In this document: positions 14,048 to 24,771 of the stretch, in pieces
How positions within the stretch are numbered: the stretch's first letter is position 1
Layout: every line of letters starts with the position of its first letter
Assembly: GCA_001949185.1 (NCBI GenBank)
Contig: BDGG01000014.1
Location: 1,085,378-1,149,377, forward strand
DNA: 64,000 bases
Direction of reading: 5' to 3'
Source of the DNA: Ramazzottius varieornatus
Lineage: Eukaryota > Animalia > Tardigrada
Notes under the pieces: model-generated
Seen by the model: only the letters and a program-made list of their open reading frames with translations
What the model was told of the DNA's origin: nothing
The model's database searches: none
Program-made: the position numbers and the translations under genes

Positions 14048-16000
14048 CTAGGACAAAATCAATTCTGGAAGACGAGTCGAGGAAGTCTGCGGCGTGGTGG
14101 TCTTGCTGGACAAGTCAGATCCGGTGGTCGGCGTATCCGACTGCAGCGCCGAAGCAGCTTGGGCGGCTGCAGCCTTCTCCGCCGCCAAGCGCTTCCTCCT
14201 TTCCCGTTCCTTCTGCTGAATCCTGACCAGCTTCTGTACAGCTGCCTTGGTTGGCTGGTTGAGCGGAGCCGTTGCTGTTGGAGGCGGTGGTGGGATGGCT
14301 CGTGTGGGATCGTAGGTTGGAATGGAGACTAGGTTCAAGGGTGTGTAGCCCACAGGACAGCCACTCATCAGCAGAGGCGGCGGATCGACCATAGCCGGTA
14401 CCACAATCATGTTCTCCACACTAGTCTCGTCAGGCGGCTTCTGTAAGCCCAAGTAAGGCACCATGATAATCATCCTCTCGGGCGTGTAGTAAGGCCAACA
14501 CAGCACGGCCCCCACACCGTCCAACGTGAAGGGCACCGGAAAGGCCCCCATCACTGTCTCACTAACGATGGGAAAACCTGTCTCTTTGTCGGGAGTTAGG
14601 TACTTTTCAATTTCGTTTAGCAATACAGAGGGATCGGGCAGAGAATCAGTAATACTATCTTGCGAAGATGGATTGTCAGCGTCGACCGTTGTGATCGACT
14701 TGCGAGGAGAGAGAACGGTCTTGATCGGGCTGGCCGTTGGAGTTTGGGCTTTCTCGTCGGGGTTGGTTTGCTCTTCCTTGCTGCTCTTGTTGTCCCATCG
14801 GGCTTTGAACGGAATCTTCTTTTTACTGGGTGTTTCGGGTTTGGAATTGCGGGATGGCGAACGCGGTTCGGAACGGTCGCGTTTCCTTGGAGTGGAGAAT
14901 TTGGACCTTGGTCGTTGCGTAGGACTAGGTGAACGTGAACGAGTCCTACTGCGGTCTTTAGTGCGAGTAGGCGGCCGAGAAGCACTCCTACTGCGTTGGC
15001 GTACTCGAGTGGGGCTCTTCGTCCGACTGCGGCGTTTCGCTAGAATAGGACTACGGGTCCTACTCCGGTCGTCTCGCCGTTTGCTCTTCACTGGTGAACG
15101 GGATTCACTCCTACTGGACGACCGCTGTCTTGACCGCATCGGACTGCGACTTCTACTACGTTGTTTGGTGCGGGTAGGCGTTCGGGACCTGCTTTTGCTG
15201 CGCGACCGGAAGTAACTTCGTCGACTAGAAGAGATTAACTTCTCACTGTAGACTTTCCGAGCAGGCTCTGGTTTCTTACGATCATGCCGTGGACGCGGAG
15301 AGTAGCTAGTAGAGCGTCGACGAGGTGTGCGAGTACTCGAACGACGTCGTGGAGTCCTGGAGCGCGAACGCGACCGTCTTGACCGTTCATATCGTTGCTT
15401 GGACGCAACGGGACTTCTGGACCGTGAGCGGCTTCTGGGTCTCTTTCGTTCCACCGGACTAGGCGAAAGCCTTCTGGCGAACCTTAGCTTGAAGGATGGC
15501 GAAGCAGATTTGGGTTTCTGGTGTACTGGACTTTCTGGCGAAGGCTTGTCCACTTCCTTTTCGGTGCCGACTTTCTTCACTTCTTCCAGTTTCTCTTCTG
15601 GCCTTTCTTCTACCTTGACTTCGGCACCCTGCACTGGTTTCTGCTTAATGGACGACCTAAACAGCTCCAGCTGCTTTTCCAGTTCATCGACCGAAGGCTC
15701 TGGCTCAGGTGGTGGAGACAGAGAAGGGATTGAGGCAGAAGGAGTCACTTCCAGTACGGGTTTGAGTTGATTGATTTTTTGGACGCTGTCGACAGGGTCT
15801 TCTTCCGTCTTGATCGTCACTTCGGTCTTCTCGGCTTCCGTCGGCGACAAACGTCCAAAGACTGAAGCAGCAGAGTGAGCAGCATCCTTCTTCAAGGCTC
15901 CAGCTGCAATACAGAAGGTAAGCTTGGGTTTGCCGAGAGCGAATTTAATCGGAGCTTTGGCTTTATCTTTCGTCGGACGGAAAAATCCGTTGGAATCCAT
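14048..16000 (-). CDS. Intronless 650-aa arginine/serine-rich (RS) protein, family not recognised
   Basis: Long ORF with central RSRSRS tracts and a Pro-rich C-terminal part; no RRM recognised. Confidence 0.75.
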   Translation of the reverse strand: MDSNGFFRPTKDKAKAPIKFALGKPKLTFCIAAGALKKDAAHSAASVFGRLSPTEAEKTEVTIKTEEDPVDSVQKINQLKPVLEVTPSASIPSLSPPPEPEPSVDELEKQLELFRSSIKQKPVQGAEVKVEERPEEKLEEVKKVGTEKEVDKPSPESPVHQKPKSASPSFKLRFARRLSPSPVERKRPRSRSRSRSPVASKQRYERSRRSRSRSRTPRRRSSTRTPRRRSTSYSPRPRHDRKKPEPARKVYSEKLISSSRRSYFRSRSKSRSRTPTRTKQRSRSRSPMRSRQRSSSRSESRSPVKSKRRDDRSRTRSPILAKRRSRTKSPTRVRQRSRSASRPPTRTKDRSRTRSRSPSPTQRPRSKFSTPRKRDRSEPRSPSRNSKPETPSKKKIPFKARWDNKSSKEEQTNPDEKAQTPTASPIKTVLSPRKSITTVDADNPSSQDSITDSLPDPSVLLNEIEKYLTPDKETGFPIVSETVMGAFPVPFTLDGVGAVLCWPYYTPERMIIMVPYLGLQKPPDETSVENMIVVPAMVDPPPLLMSGCPVGYTPLNLVSIPTYDPTRAIPPPPPTATAPLNQPTKAAVQKLVRIQQKERERRKRLAAEKAAAAQAASALQSDTPTTGSDLSSKTTTPQTSSTRLPELILS

Positions 16001-16402
16001 TCCCTCGTTTCTACCTAGGTTCTAACCTTGAATACAATAACGTATCGTTAGTCGTCTTCTGTGGTCAAGCAAATACTTCGAAGAAGCCAATTTTTTGATA
16101 GAAACTTCCAGTCTCACCTGTCGTACTTCACCTTGCTCCCACGCCGGCATCAATACCAGCCTCCCCACAGTTTCACAGGCATCCCAACGCAGCAACCGGA
16201 TGTTAAATCTTCAAGCACAACCCCGATGCAGACTTTTCCACAACTGGAACTCAGAAGAAACTTTAAAGTTCAAACTGAGAGCCGCGGAAAGATAGGAAGA
16301 AATTCAAAATCACTGATGAGCTGATCTTCTTTGCTTGATCGCGTGATTGCTGGATTGCGCTATGCGAATATCGAGGCGAAGCGAATACTCGTTGGTCGTT
16401 AC

Positions 16403-16505
16403 GTTGCACATTAGACTTGGTTGATTGCTGCCAGAACGTATGGTTGATTAGTTAATGGGCACTACTTTCAGTTTGTGCAGCACGACGTTCAGCAGCTCGT
16501 CAGTG
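16403..16505. mobile_element. Partial copy of the 127-bp MITE found intact at 51948-52074
   Basis: ~100 bp near-identical to 51973-52074, including the right TIR ...cagcagctcgtcagtg. A possible remnant left end cactgatgagctg lies at 16311. Confidence 0.8.
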
Positions 16506-16910
16506 CATATAAACAAAGGCTTGCTATGCTTTGCCTTTACCGTCGAAATGTCTTCAAGGGTTTGCGAACTATGCCTTCAACGTGTCTTCGCTGCATATTG
16601 ACTAAAACTAGCTCAACCAAATACCACGCCACCGAACACCGTACCCGCACATCGCTACTTGATTATTCGATTTCCTTTTTTCCGCACGGTAACCGCTGAC
16701 TGGGCGACATACCGTGAGATTTCACGAATTCCCCGCTTCTCCGTATCTCTTCGATTCATGATTCTTCGAAGTTTTGACACCTGCCGTAACCTGCGAAATC
16801 AAAAGCCATCTTCATCACAAGTTGCTGCCTGGAACATCCCCTCCCATTGTGCGGACAATCACTGTTTGTCGGTTGAGTGGAAAAAGCGTGTCGTTCTGTT
16901 TTACAGCGCC

Positions 16911-19220
16911 ATGGACAAGACACCGACGTGCAGTGCCCCTTCACACGGAAGCATCCCTCCGCCGATCATGACCATCAACCCTGCTCCCAGCACAACAAAC
17001 AGAAACATGAAGAAGGAGCTGAACGACCACACAGAAATGCGTCTCGAAGATTTCATGAAGAAATTCAGCATAGGTACGTCTCTAGAAAACCTCCGATTGA
17101 TGATCACCCAGATCAAGTCGCGCATAATCTCGACCCAAACGAAGTTGCGGAAAGAGGTCGGCAGCTGGTCACAGCTTCGCACTTTCAGTGTCGAATCAGT
17201 TCTTTCTCCCGACTGCTTTTGCTGATTACTGGTGCTTGTATTGCAGGTGACGATGTATGGGTCATCAGTAAGGGACAGTGGCACGAAGCTAAGATCATTC
17301 TGATCGAAATGTACAAGTATCTCGGAGATGAGACGACATCCGTGCCCATCTACAGAATCCATTACCCGGGTTGGGGAAAACGGTAAGCAGGCTCCGACAT
17401 CCATCGGATGCGGCAGAAGGAAGATGTCTGATGCGTTCTCCTCTTCAGGTGTGACGAGTGGATGTGCAGCGATTCGCTGATGTTACAGAACACAGAGATC
17501 AACGCCAAGGCCTCGGCCGAAAACGGCGCCTTGATGGAGGCCAGGTATAAACTCTGGGGAAAAATTCTCGTTTGTTTTCCCCGGATAGACTTATGCACTA
17601 CGTTGCGTGATGTTTAATTTTGCAGTGGAATCAAGAGTATGAAGACCGGAAAGAGAACGGCCCAGGCAGACAAGACCAGTTCTTTGCAGATGACGGCGAA
17701 AAAAGCCAGTGTCAAAGCTCCAATCCTGTGCCTATCAACGGAGTATCTCCCGCCAGAGGCCGAGGAAAAGGTGGAAGCAGAGGAGGCGCGACTGCCGAAC
17801 CTAGGGGTAACTTCAAAAAATATTACCTCTAGTGCCGAAGCAGTCGAAGTAATGCGCGAGTTCAACCGAACATTCCGGTAGTGTACCTTGACTTTCGAAT
17901 GTCTGGAAAATAATTTATGCTGCATGTTCATCCCATTGAATTTTCCATTGAATTTCGCTCACAGGATATTCATTTTCGATATTTTTCCAGGTACGACGAG
18001 CAGTAAACAAGCGAGAATTGATGCAGGACTGTCTGCGGGAGATAATATTTCAGCTGCGGGCTGTCAGTCGCTGGAGCCTCCCAGCATGGCTTCAGCGCTC
18101 GAAAGCGAGCCGACCACCTTGACCGACAACGGAAAAGCGCACAGCTTAGAGCCAGCCAGTTCATCTGAGAAGTCGATTAACCGACTGGAAAACTCATCCA
18201 GTATCAAGAAAACCGAAAGAGCGAAGAACACTGGTGCGAGGAAAAAGGTGCCAGCCGGTGAGAGCTATTTATTACGGTTCGAAAACCGCAGCGATGACGG
18301 AAAATCCAGCACAGGCTATTACGTGTTTGCTTGTTTTTCAATTAGCCATGACCGAAATGCTACCTGTGGGCACCATCGTTACAGCCGTTCCTGCTGGAAG
18401 TCCTGCCGGAACTCCAGGTCAGCATTTCATGGTCCAAAGCAAGGTGGAGAACGGTAAGATCGTCCCCTTCCTGGTGCCCGTCCAACAAGTTACCGAGGTG
18501 GAAGAAACTGTTCCCGAAGGTTCGTACCGTAGTTTCAAGTAACAGGGCTGGATTGTAGTTATTTCTCTGTAACGGGTGCTGGCATTGCATGAACGGTCTG
18601 TACAGGCCGGCGAAGTGGTTACTGTACGAGCCGGGGAAGTGGTTGCTGTACAGGCCGGCGAAGTGGTTACTGTACGAGCCGGGGAAGTGGTCACTGTACG
18701 GGCCGTCCGAGTTGTCTGCATACAAGCCAGCGGATTAACGCAGATCCGCGAGATTCTACTGTTATCTGAGATAACTATGTTTCAATGACAAAGTTGGTTA
18801 CGTGATCTGTTCTATAGGTACAGTGACTATGGATATGCTTGAGCAAGAACACTCACCAACCGAAAAACCACGGAAGATGCCACGGAAGGAGAAGGATGTT
18901 CTTACTAAGATTCGCCGACAATGGTAAGAGGCTTTTAAGAGACATACGGTTTTGGTTCTTTGCAGATGAAATATCATGAATGTCATGACTTGTATTCTGT
19001 TTAGGGTTATGGGCAACTTCCGGAAAGCGAAATTCTGCGACCTGTCAAACAGTGGGATTAGTACCTTTTTCGCCAGGTACTGTTTTCAGTATTGCAGATG
19101 CATTTTGCAGTGGAAACTGAGCTGTCCAGTGAGATACGTGGAAGCGTCTTGTGTTGGCTTTTGGATGTTGAGTCTTTACACAGCGATTGTTCATGTGATA
19201 AAGACGCATTCGAGGTAACG
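16911..19220 (+). CDS. Transposon-borne chromo-barrel (Tudor-knot) domain protein, multi-exon; 3' end uncertain
   Basis: Spliced exons 16911-17073, 17247-17382 and 17449-17544 give KKFSIGDDVWVISKGQWHEAKII...YRIHYPGWGKRCDEWM, a MRG15/MSL3/Esa1-type chromo-barrel. Further phase-compatible exons run to ~19076. No MRG domain follows. Confidence 0.75.
18600..18706 (+). repeat. 24-bp minisatellite (GTACAGGCCGGCGAAGTGGTTACT) x~4.5 with 48-bp higher-order pattern, intronic
   Basis: Tandem units read directly, alternating caggccggcg / cgagccgggg variants. Confidence 0.95.
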
Positions 19221-22200
19221 CAATAACACCGTCGCCACCATTCTAGAAATCTTGCTCTGTGTGAGTGACGAGTATGTCAAAATTCGCAGGTCTTTCGGCA
19301 AACAAAGTTCGGCACCCGGGGCATTGGTAACCCATACCAGGATTCGGATATTTCTTGACGACAAACTTGTGGGTACTGTCACGCCATGGTCTACCTAGAA
19401 GAAACAAGTATGTTGTCCCAGACATGGTAGTCTAAATTCATGCATGGTCACTACGCCGGCGTGTACATCAGTAGGGACAACTACGCCAGCGTCTCCTTTG
19501 CTAACACTGACGGCATCTATGGAGGTTGACCAATTTTGCAACTCTCGCTCTTGTAACAGTATCCTTCTTCCTCGAAGTTCATTTCGACAGCTTCCTTGCC
19601 TTTACAGGTTGTGTAACCGGATCCACTCAGATTCTTCATCTTTCGCCCAACCTTGTGACCACCAACACTTCGCACGAGCCAGCTGCCGGAGGGACGCAAA
19701 TTCTTCTCTAATTTCAGCCATTCCACCATCTGCACCAAGTTTCCGGTCGCCGCGGTCACGGCAATGATATGTTTGCAAGCTGGGTCTTTATTCTGAGTGA
19801 ACTGCAAACAACCGCATTTACCTTCCCCGGAAGTAGTGCGGATCTCGACGAAGTACCAGCAGGGCTTCTTCTTGTCTGTAGACCGAACTTTCCGAACGAC
19901 CGAGGAGTTCCATTTTCGTTTATAATGGGTCGTTTCTTCCGCGGAAAGCTCAACCATCCAGCCTTCGTCAGCAGGGCCGCCCATAAGCTCCACGGCCTTG
20001 TCCCAGCTAACGCGAAACATGTCGGGAAGTCCGGTGGTGGCAAAGTCCGTCAGCACATTGGACGGTCTTGATCCATCTCCCGACGAATCGACCTATAAAC
20101 ATAATGTCACAGTTACAGACTAGCACTATGTACCTGTTCTACTATTAGACGAACCAACAAGACTTCACCGGCACAAAGCGCGGCAGCTCTGCCCGCGTAG
20201 GCTTTGGCAACTCCGACGGCGGACAATGCAGCATCTTCGCCAACAAAACGTACTAACACCACCGGCCTACTTGCAACAACTCCGCTGGTACTAACTTTTC
20301 GACTCGATGCAACGACAACCATGGTGTTCACGTTGCACTTGGAGGACAACCGTTGCACTTTGGACATTATGTGGGTATTGTCGTGCGCTTTCTGTCGCGA
20401 CAAGAGAAGGTCTTCTCTGTACTGCTCGGCTATTCTGTATCGGCCTTGATCTTTCAGGGCCTGGAACATGAACACAGTTTCATCGGCGTACATCTTGAGC
20501 AATCTCTCAACCACTTCCCGGGGATCGTTGTGCGTGCCAAAAAAGGCTCTGAGCGTTTTGTTCATGGCCTCGGACAGATTAGTATTAGGAAGGTCGCGCG
20601 AGAAACCCATCTTTTCACGTGCCGGTAGGATTAGTTTCTCGACAAAGTTCTTCTGATGGTGTTTTTCAAACCAGTGCTGGAATTTGTCATCGCCCAAAGA
20701 GCTCTTCACCTCTTTCCACTTTTGGAGATACTGCTCTTCCGAAACTGAATCTACAAGCCCTAGAACATGCTTCCTCACACCAGCTACGTTGCGGTGGTAC
20801 CCCAGTACACAGTTCAGCACGAACGACACATGGGAAGAGGGTACGGGCTTTCAGAGGAAGTATCTCTTGATACCATCTCGGATGCGTAGAACGCAGAGCG
20901 TATGGTTGTGTCGAGGGAAAGCTTCGCGGAATGCTTCGTACAGTGCTCGCTCGCCATCGATGATGAAATCGAAGCTGAAGTCTTTTGACATCACATCGAC
21001 ACCTGCATTCACAAGACATTCTCGGAGGTAATTAGCGAACACCGACAACGAAGCTTTCGACTTCCTCTGAGTTAGGCATGTTGGTCCGATCAGCAAAGCA
21101 GGCTTTCCTGTCTTCTCATTCACAAAATAAGAATGTTGGATGACTATGACCACCAGATACATGTTGCACAGCTGGAAAGTCAAATCGATCTGCAAGCGAA
21201 GCTTCACTGCAAACACAAAACCAAAGGATTAATACCCCATTCAGGCGCGCATCACTACAAGACGAAAATAAGCTCAGTCTACAGTGCCTGTTGATAAGGC
21301 GACCGACAATATTACCGGCTTGCACTTCAAGAATTCCGTCAAATGTACACTGACAACTCTACCGGCCTATGAACGAACTACTCCACTGGCATGTAGATTA
21401 CCAAAACTGCCGGTGTTTACAGCAGAAACATCGCTGGCGTGTACTTTGTCAAGATTGCCGGAATAGGCAATCGCTCTGACCTTAATCGACTTACACTTTA
21501 GCTTTTGGTCGCCGTTCGTCGCTATCAGTCCAACGTGGTACGGATCTACCACGACGAAATTCTCAGATTTCGATCCATCCTCGTTCTGGTACTGACGAAG
21601 AATGACCCCTTCCTTCCTTCGCAGGTAGCTTTCCACGTCTTCTCCGTATGTGTTCTCGTTGACTGTGTTTCTGATGGTCATGACCTGTCGCATATCTTTC
21701 GGTCCATAATATGGGTTCACCTCGCGGTCGATTTCGGGTATAGTTGACGCAACTTCGAGAACGATGTCTCTAGGGCTCATGGGCTTGCCGCGTGCAACAG
21801 ATGACGCTAGCTTCTTGATCGCGCTTGTGATGGTTTTCCCTGGTGTAGGTTTTCCCAGGCGGGAATGGTGCGATCTTGCTTTCGTCGGACCATACATACT
21901 GGATCACGAAGAAATTCTCGACTGGCTTGCTGCAGCCCTCTGACGACACAATTGCAAGAAGACGTCGCTTGAAGCCATTGGGCTTCCCATTAGGTCGACT
22001 GTACCAGTCCTTCTTCATTGGATAAGAACGGCGTCTGGTCGTCATCATGCTTGCTACCACTACCAAACCGTTCATTTGATTCTCTCCAGCTGCCGTTCCC
22101 GTCGTCCAGAATTAGTCCGTAGATCCGTTCTCTCTGCTCGGGCCGGAAGGAAACGGCAAACCACGCTTGACCTTGGAAGCGCTGAGGTATTCGGTGATGT

Positions 22201-23445
22201 TTGTACGCATCAAGGACTTCTGGATTACAAAGCCAGGCGAGAACTGACGCATCGCTTTCCACCGTTTGGAAACAACGATAATGATTATCTCTGCAGAAAG
22301 CAATATGATGTGAGTTAGATTTCACTACGTTGACAACTCCGTCGGCGCGCACACCAGCATCCTCATCGGCTCATACAACGGCATCTTCACCGGTTCATAC
22401 AGTAACAACTCTGCCGGCATGTATTGAAAAGAAGCAGCTTGACTCACATCTCATAACATGGTCCCAGAGCGCTGTCCGCCACGGGAGCTCCTAAGGCAAG
22501 ATTTCCACGTACAGAAAATGTAACCACTGGCTGAGATAATCGTTTTGGCTCATGTTCTGATACAGAAAACGACGTCTCCCTGCAACAGGTAAGTGATCCA
22601 GTTAACGCTGGAGTCACTTGTGCGCTGCTCATAATCCCGACTACTTACGGGGTAACGCACATGTGCACTGGCTCATTAGCGCTGCTCTGCGTGGAGGCGC
22701 CGGTGATAGCTGATGCGTCGTCGTCGTCGTCGTCACTTTCCAACATATATACAACCGACTTACCAGCATTCTTCACCGAAGAGTCTTTGAAGTTTGCAAA
22801 TTTCCTGAAATAACCAATCGATATATTGCTTGCAATGAATATCGCATTTGTGGACTACATAGTGCAAATAAACCACACAAACACCGTACATAACGTCATC
22901 TCAATCGGCGAGTACGGCATGTACACGGATTTCGCCGGCGTGTGGTCTGCCGTCTCCACCGGCGCGTATAATGACAACTGAGACGATATGATACGGACTT
23001 CGCCGGTTTGTGCAGTGGCATCTCCGCCGGCGTGTAAAGTGATAACTTCGACGAAGACAACTTATACTTCGACGAAGACAGCTTATACGAAGACAACTTC
23101 GCCGGCGTGAACATTTGCAGGTCCAGCGGTTTATAAGTGTTTTTGAAATACGTTGGAAAGTTTGAAAACGTACCTTCCAACTCCAGAAGAGGTGCTCGGA
23201 ATATTATGATCGTCGTCGATGACAGAATTCATAGTCAGTTCGTCCGAATCGTCTTGGTTGTCCCATTCCGCGTCGAAAGCGCTTGTAGAACGATCGGGGA
23301 GTATATCTTGACTGATGTCCTCAGTTTTCAGGCGTTTGACACCCCCACTGCAGCCACTGCTGTTGGGCGAACCAGATGGGAAGATACCATCGAACACTAT
23401 CTCGTTGTCGTCATCCTCATCCGAAATAGACGGTGAGTGTTCCAT
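19045..23445 (-). pseudogene. MULE transposase with SWIM zinc finger, spliced, disrupted by frameshifts and stops
   Basis: IDLTF (D1), IIDGERALYEAFREAFP..LCVLR (D2; CxxH reads CVLR), TNLSEAMN (E), SWIM CGC...CKHIIAV, C-terminal CPGC...H...YH..C. In-frame TGA at 20851 and TAG at 19243; frame changes around 22000 and 21850. Confidence 0.85.
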
Positions 23446-23810
23446 GGCGAGGTGGCAGCGAAAGTCAAAACAGATCCAGGAAGAAAGCGAGGAGAAAGGC
23501 GGAAACAAGTGAAAAATAAATTTTCTTGCGTTGCAAACCCAAGCAACTGGCTTGGCCGTGGCCGCTATTTCGGCTGCGGCGTTTCAGTATGCTGAGCGTA
23601 CGTCGTTGTGAGGGGTACGAGTTACGGTGCGGTGTTACGATTATTTTTCGAAATTGTGGTGCAGTACGGTTACGAGTTTAGTAGTTGTCTGGATACGTTG
23701 AAGGTTATACTGAAGGCAAAATTCGCAAACCCCCGAAGACATTTTGACGGTAAAGTGCTGCGAAGGCAAAGCATAGCAAGCCATGAACAAAACAGAAAAA
23801 ATCAGCACAA

Positions 23811-23957
23811 GCACGACGAAAAATTATGGGGCCAGTAAAAATTATGGGACCAGTCCTTTTCCTTACAGCGGTACGGAAGCACGTACGTACACCACCGATT
23901 CATAGTAATGCACTTTTTGCCGTCTTTTCCGCCTGGTCCCATAATTTCCTGTCGTGC
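23811..23957. mobile_element. Small inverted-repeat element (MITE-like)
   Basis: gcacgacgaaaaattatggggccag (plus tandem copy aaaaattatgggaccag) pairs with ctggtcccataatttcctgtcgtgc at 23933-23957. Confidence 0.6.
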
Positions 23958-24284
23958 GTGTAGCCCTAAAAGAATCAGCGTATTTCTTCGTAAAAAGTTA
24001 GATCACGACTTGATTTTCCCACCTTTGGCGTATCTGCTGCTGGGTATTCTAACTATTCTTCACCAGTCTATAGTACGAGGGCTGCTAACGGTAAGTCAGT
24101 CCGCATTTTGGCACGCCGTTTGTTTTCAGCACGCGAAGTCTTGCAGCTCTACAGTAGGTCCGGATCAGCTCAAGGAACTTTAACTTTGCCAATTCATTGG
24201 CAGTCTCTGACACTTCTGCAAAGTTGATGACTGCTTGTCTCTTTTGTGGTGTCGAACAAGCAGCCTGATCCCTGCGGTAAACAG

Positions 24285-24662
24285 ATGAGCGACAGTTCTA
24301 AATCTCCTACGGCATCTGAGGCGACGGACATGAGCACGTCATCTTCGACCAGCAACGCTGGATGGCTCAACGAGCGCAGTTTGTCTGCCGTCCTTCACGA
24401 CCAACGGGAAATGCTGAGCAAGCTGGAGAAGGCAAACGAAACGCTGGAAACTTGCAACTCTCTCAGTGCTCAAAGATTAGAGACTTACGTCCCAGAGTTC
24501 AGGCAGCACGTCAAGCTATTGGGTGACACCAAAAAGGACCTGGATTCCGTTTATCGACGTCTTCGTTTAATCCAAGCCAAAATTTCAAAGTTATATCCCA
24601 AAGAATACGCCGAAGCTAGAAACAAGGCGGAAATGAGCGAGGAACCGGAGGATGAAGAATAA
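24285..24662 (+). CDS. KXD1: KxDL motif-containing protein 1 (BORC subunit)
   Basis: QREMLSKLEKANETLETCNSLSAQRL...HVKLLGDTKKDLDSVYRRLRLIQAKISKLYP matches the KxDL family pattern. Confidence 0.88.
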   Translation: MSDSSKSPTASEATDMSTSSSTSNAGWLNERSLSAVLHDQREMLSKLEKANETLETCNSLSAQRLETYVPEFRQHVKLLGDTKKDLDSVYRRLRLIQAKISKLYPKEYAEARNKAEMSEEPEDEE

Positions 24663-24771
24663 CAATACAGAACAGAGCATTTGTATACTTATAATACTCT
24701 GTCTGTTTCTTCCAAACCAAAAATGTGGAATAATCTTTTCTATGGAATGAATGGTCTTTGTTTTACGCTCT

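Larger units (their letters stand above)
16518..23782. mobile_element. Mutator-like (MULE) DNA transposon, 7.27 kb, with two convergent genes
   Basis: TIRs: left 16518 GGCTTGCTATGCTTTGCC-TTTACCGTCGAAATGTCTTC..GGGTTTGCGAA..TGCCTTCA, with its reverse complement ending at 23782. TSD ataaacaaa (16509-16517) / atgaacaaa (23783-23791), 8/9 identical. Internal MULE DDE + SWIM transposase. Confidence 0.9.

Noticed and set aside
14526-15770. Long + strand ORFs opposite the RS-rich gene (likewise 44427-45164 - and other antisense ORFs)
   Set aside because: Shadow ORFs produced by repetitive, GC-rich codons on the coding strand
16311-16350. Hammerhead ribozyme (CTGATGAG core; also CTGACGAG at 51950)
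   Set aside because: No GAAA after a stem II; the string is explained as the MITE TIR
18360-18788. ORFs with 8-aa repeats (YSNHFPGS / AGEVVTVR)
   Set aside because: Translations of the intronic 24-bp minisatellite, which is open in several frames; the flanking splice sites skip it
16911-19220. Host MRG15/MSL3 ortholog
   Set aside because: No C-terminal MRG domain; lies inside the TIRs/TSD and shares the transposon's intronic minisatellite
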